Shown here piece by piece: positions 1 to 9,474 of a DNA stretch of 64,000 nucleotides (position 1 is its first letter; each line of letters opens with the position of its first letter). The notes beneath the pieces were generated by a model, which saw only the letters and a list, made by a program, of their open reading frames with translations, had not been told where the DNA came from and searched no databases. The position numbers and the translations under genes were made by a program. The DNA lies in NCBI GenBank assembly GCA_965228855.1, contig CBDDIJ010000002.1, positions 288,001-352,000 of the forward strand, written 5' to 3'. The stretch is from Candidatus Obscuribacterales bacterium (lineage in GTDB: Bacteria; Cyanobacteriota; Vampirovibrionia; Obscuribacterales; Obscuribacteraceae).

Positions 1-270
1 TTCATTTTGAAACAGAAGGTGAACAAACACCTCGAGAGCGAGCCCTGACAGCAGTTTCCAGAATCGAACCGAAACCGGACCCCCTGAAGGTATTAAGCAT
101 TTGAAATGAGCTTTAATTCAAGCACCCGGAGTTTGTAATTTGAGTTACTTCTCAACGTGCCTCATTTAAGTTTAAAACCGATTCGCCCATCAACCAAAAC
201 AGCCCACAGTCTTCACTCGGATTCATCTACCGAGCGGGGCGCTGTCGCTAGTTCAAGAAAGGTGCTGTCC

Positions 271-1017
271 ATGCCACTCTTAAGCGTGCTGGCCCTCGCG
301 ACCAGCCTGCTCCTGGGTTCGTACTTCGCTCAGCGTCGTATGCCCAAACGCGCCCAGAGCCTCATTCTCGCGCTTTCTTTTCTCACCGGCGCAGCAATCG
401 CCGTTAATGGCGAGATTCCGTTCGGCTGCCTGATCGCAGCCTCGGGACTCGCTTTTCTCCTCGGCACAATCTGGCGTTCCAACTCAGGTATCGATCCGAA
501 GGCACGCCCGGAGTACCGTTTCTGTCCCAGTTGCGCCCACAAGCTCGAGCAGCGCGACTTCGAGGGCAAAGCCAAACTTGCCTGCCCGAGCTGCTCTTTC
601 GTTTATTGGAACAATCCCATAGTCGTCGGAGTTACGCTCGTTCCCTCCGAGGACGGCGATAGCGTCCTCCTCGTCAAACGCGGCGTTGCACCAAAGAAGG
701 GCTTCTGGTGCCTGCCTGGAGGCTTCGGAGAACCGAACGAACATCCCAAGGAAACCGCCGGCCGCGAAACCGGCGAGGAAGCCACGCTCGATGTCGAAAT
801 CGACCGTCTCCTTGCTGTCCATGCGGCTCCAGGCTCCAACCAGGCGCTCATCTTCTATCTCGCCAAACCGACGAATGTAAAACCGCAACCCGGCAGCGAC
901 GCTCTCGAAACGCGCTACTTCCGGCTCGACGACCTGCCTGCCGACATCGCGTTTTCCACTCACCTCGATGTAATCACCGAGTGGAAGAAAGCCTGGCTCG
1001 CACGCAAGTCGGCATAA
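271..1017 (+). CDS. NUDIX hydrolase with N-terminal membrane helices and zinc ribbon
   Basis: CPSC..CPSC zinc ribbon and Nudix box (PGG..EPNE.P.ETA.RETGEE); hydrophobic N-terminus; likely start ATG 271 within ORF 157..1017. Confidence 0.85.
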   Translation: MPLLSVLALATSLLLGSYFAQRRMPKRAQSLILALSFLTGAAIAVNGEIPFGCLIAASGLAFLLGTIWRSNSGIDPKARPEYRFCPSCAHKLEQRDFEGKAKLACPSCSFVYWNNPIVVGVTLVPSEDGDSVLLVKRGVAPKKGFWCLPGGFGEPNEHPKETAGRETGEEATLDVEIDRLLAVHAAPGSNQALIFYLAKPTNVKPQPGSDALETRYFRLDDLPADIAFSTHLDVITEWKKAWLARKSA

Positions 1018-1040
1018 ACCGCGGCTTTAGCCAGACTTTG

Positions 1041-1085
1041 AAAGAAGGACCGCAAAACCTGAGGGTGAGCGGTCCTTCTTTTCTT
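1041..1085 (+). terminator. Intrinsic terminator after NUDIX gene
   Basis: AAAGAAGGACCGC/GCGGTCCTTCTTT inverted repeat followed by T-rich tract. Confidence 0.7.
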
Positions 1086-1122
1086 CTTCTCAACCGCTGC
1101 TATTTCCCTTCCTTCCCAATCG

Positions 1123-1371
1123 CTACTATATTTTCTCGTACCTCTCGAGCGCTCAAAAGGCACGGATAGCAACACGTTCGAGGATTCAAACACACACAGC
1201 GGCTCTCACTGTCTATGACAGAATGACGAATTTCCGAAAAACCGTCTACGAGCCGTAGACAAACCCAGCCACCTGATCGAACACCAGCGCGTCAGGAAGT
1301 CCGTAAACCGCAAGCTGGCAAGCCTTCCGCCCGCTAGGACATCCCTCCAGAGAAACTAAATCCTAAAGTAG
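1123..1371. repeat. Octamer/52-bp palindrome module (copy 1)
   Basis: CTACTATA 1123-1130; palindrome 1210-1261 (gap 79); degenerate TAAAGTAG 1364-1371 (gap 102). Confidence 0.85.
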
Positions 1372-1775
1372 CAAGTTTGTTAGCGCCAGGTACGCTAGCC
1401 CGGAGCGCTTGAAATCTCTATCACCAGCAGCAATGAAACTCCACTCATAGTGGGATCAGGGCGTCTCTAAAAGCAGGCAGCAAGCGGTTTTTCGCATAAG
1501 AAGAATTAGATGAATTTCTGGTTATAAGCTAGAAAGGTCTGTTTACACTACGCGGGAAAGTTTCGAATCAGAGCGCGCGATTTAATAACCTCAACTCGTT
1601 CCCCCTTATCCCCGAGCTTCAGGTACGTCCCCCACCAAGCCCGGTTCCTCAAAAACAGCTGCAAGTCTTTTCCAGAGAGCGCGAGCTTTCCGGTTGGACA
1701 CGCGTCTATCCAGAGCAAGTGGAGACGCACTGCCGCTGTTTGGTTCACCACAACTCAGTCTGAGGAGATTCACGA

Positions 1776-2207
1776 ATGAAATCCGATTTCTCACGACCCG
1801 AGGGCGTCGAAGAAGACGATAGCGACTTCACATCGATGCTCGAGTACATCCAGCAGGGCGACGAGCAGATGGCGAATCGCGAATTCAGCGATGCCGAAAG
1901 CTCCTACAACGAGGCTCTCTCTGCGGCGTTCGGCTTCTACGGTGCCACCAGTGCGACCGTCCTGCCGCTCGTCCTCAAGCTCGCCGATGCCCAGCTGGCG
2001 GACTGCCAGGACGAAGACCACTTCTCCGACCTGACTCGCACCCTGCAACGCGCACTCGCCGTTGCATCGCTCAAGCACGGTCCGGAGAGCAAGGAGCTCA
2101 TCCCGATCATCGAGAAGCTGATCGCGGTTTACGACCTGCAGGGTGCGCATATGCTCAGCGGCGAACTGCTTCAGCGCCTGCAGGTGCTCAACGAAGTCCA
2201 AGGCTAG
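1776..2207 (+). CDS. Small TPR-like helical protein, paralogue 1
   Basis: GAGGAG RBS; TPR-like pattern; C-terminal YDLQGAHML motif shared with two neighbours. Confidence 0.75.
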   Translation: MKSDFSRPEGVEEDDSDFTSMLEYIQQGDEQMANREFSDAESSYNEALSAAFGFYGATSATVLPLVLKLADAQLADCQDEDHFSDLTRTLQRALAVASLKHGPESKELIPIIEKLIAVYDLQGAHMLSGELLQRLQVLNEVQG

Positions 2208-2429
2208 ACGCGCACACCACTCGTGGTGCACCCGAGAGTTCGAGCAAGCACGACACGTCAGGCGCTCCCAGAGCGCTCACGACACGCCACCATCTGCGGT
2301 GCCCTTGCGTTGGCATCACCGCCGGCGCATGCGTCAATTCTGATCCTTCCGCTGTCGCATTCCAAGCAGCGGTCACTCCCATGCACAAGCTGATGCTGTG
2401 CAGATAACAACGTAGAAAGGAGAAATACA

Positions 2430-2843
2430 GTGGCTTCAAAGTATTCCGCCGCCACCGTCGCCGAGACAGTCGCCAGTGGCGACAAGATGTTCGAAGACGG
2501 TCAGTTCTACCAGGCAGCCGCCAAGTACCAGGAAGCGTTCGTCATCCAGATCCAGCTCAACAACGGTAAGGTCGGAGCGTCCGACAAGCCGCTGATGGAG
2601 AAGATCTTCGACGCCAATATGGCCGGGTCCTTCACCTACCCGCAGCTCATGGCGAGCTGCCTGAAGATGGCGCGCACCATCCTCTTCCTCGCCGAGCGCG
2701 AACACGGCATCGACTCGCCGGAGCTCATCCAGCCGCTCGAACGCCTGGTCACGCTCTACGACCTCGACGGCGCGCATATGCTCGCCATCGAAGTGAAGCA
2801 GCGCATCGACGACATTCGCGCGCAGCAACAATCCGCAGTCTGA
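2430..2843 (+). CDS. Small TPR-like helical protein, paralogue 2
   Basis: AAGGAG RBS before GTG; ELIQPLERLVTLYDLDGAHMLA motif. Confidence 0.75.
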   Translation: MASKYSAATVAETVASGDKMFEDGQFYQAAAKYQEAFVIQIQLNNGKVGASDKPLMEKIFDANMAGSFTYPQLMASCLKMARTILFLAEREHGIDSPELIQPLERLVTLYDLDGAHMLAIEVKQRIDDIRAQQQSAV

Positions 2844-2893
2844 GCGGTTTCCGCTTCAATCCCGTTTCACCATAACTCAGATAGGAAACCAGT

Positions 2894-3310
2894 ATGACCA
2901 CACAATCGATCAACGATAAGGCGCAGGCCTCCATCGCCAGCGGTGATGAATCGTTCGCGGCCGGCAAGTTCGACAACGCCAAGTCGGCTTACGAGCAGGC
3001 TTACCAGACCCTGTACGGCGCCTATGGCTACAACAACCCGATTCTCGTTCCCGTCCTCCGCAAGCTCGTCGCGGTTCACTACTCGAAGAACGCGCAGGGC
3101 TCCTCCAGCGCGATGAAGGAGATGGGCAAGTACCTGAAGATCGAGCTCGCCATCCTGCAGCATGCGCACGGTGTGCGCGCCGCGGAGCTCATCCCGACGC
3201 TCGAGCAGCTCGTCATCTTCTACGACTTCGACGGCGCGCACATGCTCGCGGTCGAGGTGCTGCAGCGCATCGACGACATCAAGGCCAACCTCGAAGCAGG
3301 GCAGGACTGA
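2894..3310 (+). CDS. Small TPR-like helical protein, paralogue 3
   Basis: AGGA RBS; ELIPTLEQLVIFYDFDGAHMLA motif. Confidence 0.75.
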   Translation: MTTQSINDKAQASIASGDESFAAGKFDNAKSAYEQAYQTLYGAYGYNNPILVPVLRKLVAVHYSKNAQGSSSAMKEMGKYLKIELAILQHAHGVRAAELIPTLEQLVIFYDFDGAHMLAVEVLQRIDDIKANLEAGQD

Positions 3311-3405
3311 ACTGAATCCTCCCAACCGCCAAATCCAGGCGGCATCTTAGTTCACTTCCCATGCGGTTTTACAACCGCATTCACCCCCAATATCGAGGTA
3401 GCACT

Positions 3406-6400
3406 ATGAGAATTCTAAACCGAATACTGCTACCGCTGGTGGTGGCACTGATCGCTCTGGCGTCAGCTACTACCGCGATGGCTCAGAGTTCACAGACGTG
3501 GATGCCGGCGTTCAATCCCGACCAACACGTCTACATCGACCAGAAGCTTTCGGAACACGGCTCGAAGCCCGTGAGCCTGCCGAATCTTCCGTCCGCAATC
3601 GAGCAGGCGCAAACGGTTCACAACCTCAAGATCTATGTCGTCGCCACCGAACAGGGCACCGAGAGCGACGCATCATCGTCGCTCGCCGCCAAGAAGCTCG
3701 ACGAGTTGATCTTGCGATGGAGCAACGACGCGAATTTCCCCAAGGATGACTATCTCGTCATCATGTGGGTGCGCTTCAAGGACGACCCCGCCCGCGGCTC
3801 CGTCGCGGCGAACGGTGGCAACCGGCTTCGCGCCTACGGCATGTCGGCAAGCCACTTCAGCTCCGACAGCGGACCGGTCATTCCCGTGCTCAAGCAGCAC
3901 ATGCGCGAACGCCCGGAACTGGCACTGACGACCATCATCAGCAACGTCAACCAGGAAGTGACCAGCGCGATCGCCTCGGCGCAAGCCGCGAAGGAGCGCC
4001 AGGAAGCGCTTAAGGAGCTGCCCGGCATCCTGCTCAAGTGGGGCTCGCTTCTCGCCGCCCTCGGGCTCGGCATCTTCTTGACGTTGCGCTCGTCCAGGTG
4101 GAGCGGTCGGGCAAAGCTGCTGCGAAACCGTTTCGAAAACAACCTGCACGCAGTCGGCGAACAGCTCGCCAAGCTGAAAGCCGATCATGGTCAGTTTCTG
4201 CACGACCAGGCGAACTGGGCGAATCGGTTCAAGGGCGCGTCGCTCGAAAAATTGACTGCGGGCTTCCAGGCTTACAGCGAACTGCTCTCGGTGCATGCCG
4301 CGACATCTGCTCGACTGGCGGATTCCGACAAGGCGCGCCGCAAGCACTGGTTTCCGCGCATCCAGGGCAGTCTCGACGCTATCGAGCTGCTGAGCGAGAA
4401 ACCGATCGTGGTTTCGAGCAAAGCAATCGAACTCGAGATGGCGACGCTCTTCGGCGGTCTCACCGTCGACAAGACGGTCGAGCCGGGCAAGGTGTTCGCC
4501 AACGGCAGCGCTTTGTTCGAGACGGCAGATGCCGCGCTCACCGAGATCAAGCGTTGCATCGAAGTCAGCGAAACGGCACTCGCCACCGTCGGCGACACCA
4601 TCCTCTGGGTGGACGGTCAGCATGGGCGTTTCGAACAGGAACGGCTGACGCTGGCTCCCTATCAGTCGATGCTCGAACAGCTGGTCGCCGAGCGCAACCA
4701 GTTCAAGTCCGACGCGTTCACCGACCCGGTGACGCTGATTCTGGAAGTGCCCGGACTCACCGGTCTGGCTGCCGAGCTGAAGGCGACCATCGAAGAAGCG
4801 TTCAAGATCGCAGACAACATCGAAGCCGCCGGTCAACTGATCGGCGAAACCGTCAAGCGCGTCGAAGAGTTGCGCAAGACCGGCGTCGATTATCGCTTCT
4901 TCGGCTCCGAACCCCGAGTGCTCGACAAGCGCTATCGCCTCGACGAAGAAGGCGGAAACCCGGATCCCGTAATCCACGAAGCCGCCGGGCTGTTGATGCG
5001 AGCCTTCAACTTGCTCTACGCCGGCGCACTCGATCCGGCTACCGACAAGCTGGAGGATGCGCGACTCCGGCGAGAAGACGCCATCAAGGTCATCGACCGA
5101 GTCTTCGCCGCCAAGGCGAAGGTCGAGGCCGACGCGCACCTGGTGGGCGAAACCAAAGGCGCGCTCGACAAGGAAGTTAAGAGCGCCCGCGAAGCGCTCG
5201 CGATTCTCCAGCGTGACTTCCTCCCGGTCAACTTCCCGAACGCAGCCGGCGACTGCGCCGACGTCGACGTCACCATCGAGGTGGCTCTCGACCTGTTCGC
5301 GAAGGCAAGAAGCGCGTACGACCGCCAGTTCTACTTGCAGGCAGCCGGTCTGCTCAAGGAGAGCATCGACGAAATCGCCGCGGCGCGCTCGAAGTGCGCT
5401 GCCGTAGAAGAGCTTCTGGCAACGCTTACGAGCAATCGTGAGGAGAGCCGCAAGTTCGTTCCGGAAGCACGCGCGCACGCCGATCGACTCGGGCGCCTGC
5501 TCAAGGAGCGCGACTTCACGACATCGGCTGCAACCGATGCGGACCTGGCTCGCGCCGTCAAGGAAACAGTCGCGCTCGAGGCGATCGTCGTCCAGCCCAT
5601 CTCTGATTGGGTTGACGCTCACAAGCGTGCAACCGGTTTGAAAGAGAAACTGGTCGAGATCGAAACCGCCTGCGACGAACAGTTCCGGCTCTACGAAGAG
5701 ACCTACGAGCTGATCGGTACCCTGCCGGCGGACGTCGAAAGCGCGTATCTCGCCATCAACGAGAACACGCTTCCTCCCGCACGCGAAGCGCATGCGGAGG
5801 CGGCGGGCGAACTCGAGGCGCTCTCCTGCGCCGTCGACAAGCCCAAGAGCGACTGGAAGGCATTGAACGAACGCGCGGTCAAAGCGCACGCGCTCTGCCA
5901 GATTTGCCGCTCGAAGGCTGCTTCCGACGACCACAACCACAAGCAAGCGGCACTGCATCTGGCGTACTGCAAAGTGCGCTCGCGTCGCTTCGCTCGCCGC
6001 AAGCACAAGTACCTGACCGAAGCAAATCGGCTTTATGCCGAGGCGCAGACCGCGTTCACCAAACGCGACTGGGCGGGCGCTTCCAAGTCGGCTGTGGCGG
6101 CCTACAAAGAGTTTCTTAAGTTCGACAGGCATCAGAAGCGTCGAACCGCGACCCTCGTGGTCAAGGACGCTCCTGGCGGCGGCTCGGCATCCTCGCGGCC
6201 ATCCGCGTCCGGAAGCACCGCAGCTTCGGATGACGGCTACTCCACGGGCATCGCCATTGCCATCGGCATGAGCATGGGCTCAGGCAACCCGCAGCCTGCA
6301 AGCTCGGGCTCGTCGTCGTCGAGTTCGTCGAGTTCGTCGTCGAGCTCCTCGTCCGGCTCCTCCTACACGCCCAGCTACAGTTCCGACTCCGGCGGCTCGA

Positions 6401-6462
6401 GCATCAGCATCAGCTCGGGCGGCGGCGACTTCGGAGGTGGCTCCGGCGGCGGCGGCTACTAG
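3406..6462 (+). CDS. Large membrane protein: signal peptide, TPM-like domain, TM helix, long coiled-coil region, Ser/Gly-rich tail
   Basis: GAGG RBS before ATG 3406; signal peptide; GGGDFGGGSGGG-type tail typical of TPM-domain proteins. Confidence 0.7.
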   Translation: MRILNRILLPLVVALIALASATTAMAQSSQTWMPAFNPDQHVYIDQKLSEHGSKPVSLPNLPSAIEQAQTVHNLKIYVVATEQGTESDASSSLAAKKLDELILRWSNDANFPKDDYLVIMWVRFKDDPARGSVAANGGNRLRAYGMSASHFSSDSGPVIPVLKQHMRERPELALTTIISNVNQEVTSAIASAQAAKERQEALKELPGILLKWGSLLAALGLGIFLTLRSSRWSGRAKLLRNRFENNLHAVGEQLAKLKADHGQFLHDQANWANRFKGASLEKLTAGFQAYSELLSVHAATSARLADSDKARRKHWFPRIQGSLDAIELLSEKPIVVSSKAIELEMATLFGGLTVDKTVEPGKVFANGSALFETADAALTEIKRCIEVSETALATVGDTILWVDGQHGRFEQERLTLAPYQSMLEQLVAERNQFKSDAFTDPVTLILEVPGLTGLAAELKATIEEAFKIADNIEAAGQLIGETVKRVEELRKTGVDYRFFGSEPRVLDKRYRLDEEGGNPDPVIHEAAGLLMRAFNLLYAGALDPATDKLEDARLRREDAIKVIDRVFAAKAKVEADAHLVGETKGALDKEVKSAREALAILQRDFLPVNFPNAAGDCADVDVTIEVALDLFAKARSAYDRQFYLQAAGLLKESIDEIAAARSKCAAVEELLATLTSNREESRKFVPEARAHADRLGRLLKERDFTTSAATDADLARAVKETVALEAIVVQPISDWVDAHKRATGLKEKLVEIETACDEQFRLYEETYELIGTLPADVESAYLAINENTLPPAREAHAEAAGELEALSCAVDKPKSDWKALNERAVKAHALCQICRSKAASDDHNHKQAALHLAYCKVRSRRFARRKHKYLTEANRLYAEAQTAFTKRDWAGASKSAVAAYKEFLKFDRHQKRRTATLVVKDAPGGGSASSRPSASGSTAASDDGYSTGIAIAIGMSMGSGNPQPASSGSSSSSSSSSSSSSSSGSSYTPSYSSDSGGSSISISSGGGDFGGGSGGGGY

Positions 6463-6468
6463 TTTTTA

Positions 6469-6508
6469 CCGGTCCGGAACGCATGTCGTTCCGGACCGGG
6501 TCTTTCTT
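6469..6508 (+). terminator. Intrinsic terminator
   Basis: CCGGTCCGGAACG/CGTTCCGGACCGG 13-bp stem plus T-rich tail. Confidence 0.75.
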
Positions 6509-6516
6509 CACTTTCC

Positions 6517-6798
6517 CTACTATAGAAGACAGTCCATGCGAAGTCCACAGAGCTTTGAATAGACAGCATTTAGAGGAGCTCCCCTGCAAAACCGGTAAAG
6601 TTTGTCTACGCTTGTATGACGCAATTGCCAAATTCCGTCGCTCTCAGATAGCCAAACCCACCGTTTTCAATTCCTCGCAAATATTGAATCCACCAAAAAC
6701 CGCTGCCTATAACGATCCGAACAAAACACCGATACCATCGCATCTAGTAGTATCGCTGTCGACCCGAACAAAAACGCAGATACCATCGCATCTAGTAG
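6517..6798. repeat. Two-sided octamer/palindrome module between convergent genes
   Basis: CTACTATA 6517-6524; palindrome 6603-6654; TCTAGTAG 6743-6750 and a duplicated copy at 6791-6798 (48-bp period). Confidence 0.9.
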
Positions 6799-6894
6799 TT
6801 AAAGTTTGAAAACGGAAAGAGCAAGGGTTTCCCCTTGCTCCTCCGTGCGACTAGGAGTCAATCATCGGCGCATCGCGACACCGATGAAGTCCGC

Positions 6895-7746
6895 TCACAT
6901 CCCGCGACGGGTGAGGATGATGCGGTCGCCGTCGGTGCCGGCGATCTTCACCTTGCAGCGACCGACGGAGCGCGCGGCCGGCGGCACCTCGTTGGACGGC
7001 AGGTAGCCGACGATCGGGGCGTTCGACGGGCCGAAGGTGACCTCGACGAAGTTGCCGACGGACTTGCCCAGGGTGCCCAGCTTCGCGCGGTTGTCGGCGA
7101 GCGTGGACTCGAGAGCCGCCTGGTTGGCGCGCTTGGTCTCGGCGACGAGCGTCAGCGCGATGTTGAGGTCCTTGCGCGGGTCGGCGTCGGGGCGGATGCT
7201 CAGCACCTCGGCGGTGATCGCGTCGCCGACCGAAAGGTTGGCGATGAAGCGGTCACGGCTCGAGCGGTCGGAACCCGGCACGTTGATGGCGTGCAGGATG
7301 GCCTGATAGCCCGCGGCGGCGCCGTCGGCGATGGTCACCAGCGCGAAGTCCTTGCGGACCTCCTTGACGGTGACATCGACGGTCGAGCCGACCTCGTCCT
7401 CGCTGCAGCCCTTGAGCGCGGCGAGCACGCCGGCGTCCTGGAGCGTGCGCTCGCTGACACGGATGCGCATGCGGTTGGACTTGTCGCCCTCGGCTGGCGC
7501 CTTGATGTCGATGACCTCGACGGTGATCTCGGTCTTCAGCGCGGCAGCCTTGCGGCGGGCCTTGCGGTTGCTGTGGGTGCCGCCCGAGAACTGGTCGTCC
7601 TTGAGCAGCGTCATCTCGTCACCGACCTTGACCAGGACGCCGTAGTCGAGCGCCTTGTGGACGACGCCGGTCACGATCTGGCCGACGACGAGGTTGGTGG
7701 ACGGGGTGGTAGCGGTGGTGGTGGTGGTGGTGGTAGCGTTCGTCAT
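6895..7746 (-). CDS. S1 RNA-binding-domain protein (divergent ribosomal protein S1-like)
   Basis: S1 motifs (LVVGQIVTGVV...YGVLVKV; EVGSTVDVTVKEV..FALV; LSVGDAITAEVL); GGAGG RBS. Confidence 0.75.
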   Translation of the reverse strand: MTNATTTTTTTATTPSTNLVVGQIVTGVVHKALDYGVLVKVGDEMTLLKDDQFSGGTHSNRKARRKAAALKTEITVEVIDIKAPAEGDKSNRMRIRVSERTLQDAGVLAALKGCSEDEVGSTVDVTVKEVRKDFALVTIADGAAAGYQAILHAINVPGSDRSSRDRFIANLSVGDAITAEVLSIRPDADPRKDLNIALTLVAETKRANQAALESTLADNRAKLGTLGKSVGNFVEVTFGPSNAPIVGYLPSNEVPPAARSVGRCKVKIAGTDGDRIILTRRGM

Positions 7747-8382
7747 ATGACTTTCCTCCGGATACGGGTTGATTGGTCGCCGCGGTGCACTCGCAGCTAA
7801 ACCGGTAACAGGAATCAGCCTGCTCAACCTTGAGCAGACCGGTGACAGAAGCTCAACAGGTTCCGTAGCCCATCGAACTCCTTTGCCTCTCTACGACCAA
7901 AAACGCGCCCCGAACTGAAAGCTCTCCCCACTGTTGCGCGAAAAGCGCATGTGAATTTGCACGAGGCAGTGATTCAGCTAGTGGTTGTGAGGTTTGAGCA
8001 GTTGTTCGGAACGAATTAAGGGTTTACAAGAGGTAACTGACCCTAACCATTAGGGGCGTGGAGTTCCAAGTTAAACCTGGTGGGAATTGCAGGCTCTTTT
8101 CTCAAGATCTAAACCAATATCATCGGCATTGAATGCCGCAAAGCCTCTGCGGCTAAGACATTCGAGCTAGACCAGCCGAATCTCGCACCAAGATTAAACC
8201 GAGTTTAACGGCTCGCGCACCTCGCGCTCCGTTTAATCTCCGCCGCTATCGCACGCTCGCGTGAAGCGGTTCCAGAATACGCCGACAACAAAAAGGCGAA
8301 TATCAAGTTTGCTCTCGAATGAACCAATGCCGACAGCCAAATATGCTTCGAACAATCCGGAACATAACAGCTTTGCTCACAA

Positions 8383-9276
8383 CTACTTCAATGACGACTC
8401 AGACAATGTCGGATGAAGGTTAAAGGCATCTGTCACAGGCTTACCATCAATATCACCCGGCAAAGGTATATCCAGCAACCAGAGCGCCGTTGCAGCGGTA
8501 TCATATGTGGTGACTTTCTTGTCAATTTTATAGTCAGGTTTGACACCGCAGCCCCATACAATCCAGGGAATTGTCATGTCTTCAGGACTATTGCTGCCGT
8601 GAGTTTTGGCGTGGCCACCGTGATCCGCGCTCAAGATAACAACGCTGTCATCCTCAATTCCCGCATCCTTGATCGCGTCTACTATGATTTTTAACGCCTT
8701 ATCCTGTTCCTCGAACGCCTCGATCTGCTGCGGTGAGCCCCATCCGTAGGTGTGTCCGGCGCTATCGGAGTCGGCAAAGTGAATGAAACATAGATTCGGT
8801 TTTCTCGCCTTGATGTAATCGGCAGCGGCGATTGCAGAATCGATCGAGCGATAAGATGGCAAAGAAAAATTGTTGAGACTTTTCGCCTGATACAGGTGAA
8901 TGAACTTGGGTTTGTTCACGAACATCGCTGTTGTGAGTTTATTATCCTTAGCCAGTTTGAAAATCGTTGGAGAAGTAATCATGCCTCTCTGCGGCTCCCA
9001 GTCATTCCACAAAACTTTGTGCTTGTTCGGTCCGTAGCCAGTCAGCATCGAGGTGTGCGAAGTGAGAGTGATACTCGGGTAAATTGTCTGCGCATCCCAG
9101 GTGACGGCGCCCTTTTTCGCCAGCTTCATCAATTCCGGCATCTTGCACTCTTTCATAACAGCAGGTTTTCCGCCGTCATAACTGATTATGAAAACGTGCT
9201 CCGCCTTTCTCTCAGCCGACGCCGGACTGCACGCCGCAAAACTAATTACGAATAAAGCCGATAGAAACCTGCGCAT
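8383..9276 (-). CDS. Secreted alkaline-phosphatase-superfamily nucleotide pyrophosphatase/phosphodiesterase
   Basis: IISYDG, PSITLTSHTSMLTG, DSAGH, SADHGG motifs; signal peptide. Confidence 0.9.
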   Translation of the reverse strand: MRRFLSALFVISFAACSPASAERKAEHVFIISYDGGKPAVMKECKMPELMKLAKKGAVTWDAQTIYPSITLTSHTSMLTGYGPNKHKVLWNDWEPQRGMITSPTIFKLAKDNKLTTAMFVNKPKFIHLYQAKSLNNFSLPSYRSIDSAIAAADYIKARKPNLCFIHFADSDSAGHTYGWGSPQQIEAFEEQDKALKIIVDAIKDAGIEDDSVVILSADHGGHAKTHGSNSPEDMTIPWIVWGCGVKPDYKIDKKVTTYDTAATALWLLDIPLPGDIDGKPVTDAFNLHPTLSESSLK

Positions 9277-9474
9277 GTTAGTGACTCCTGACTTGAGCAT
9301 CCGCTCTGGCTGACGACCGGTTTGCATGGTGCCAGCAAATCTACTTTAGCCGGTTTCGCTGTCCCCATCTCGTTTTGGAACTGCAGAAACAGCTTCGAAG
9401 TGACACCAACAAGCCTCCATGCTATGTTGTTTGTCGCCCGCAGCAAATATTATACGTGGCAACCCAAAGAAACA

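Noticed and set aside
1210..1261. Integron attC sites or Tn7-like ends
   Set aside because: No GTTRRRY/RYYYAAC cores or extrahelical-base pattern, no repeated TnsB boxes, and no integrase or transposase in the window.
3673..6132. Long antisense/alternative-frame ORFs (also 20138..21757, 24554..25927, 46407..48284, 57068..58462)
   Set aside because: Shadow ORFs produced by the strong GC3 bias of genuine genes on the opposite strand; no motifs.
6300..6460. Simple TCG/GGC repeats as a contingency locus
   Set aside because: They encode the normal Ser/Gly-rich tail of TPM-type proteins with mixed codons.
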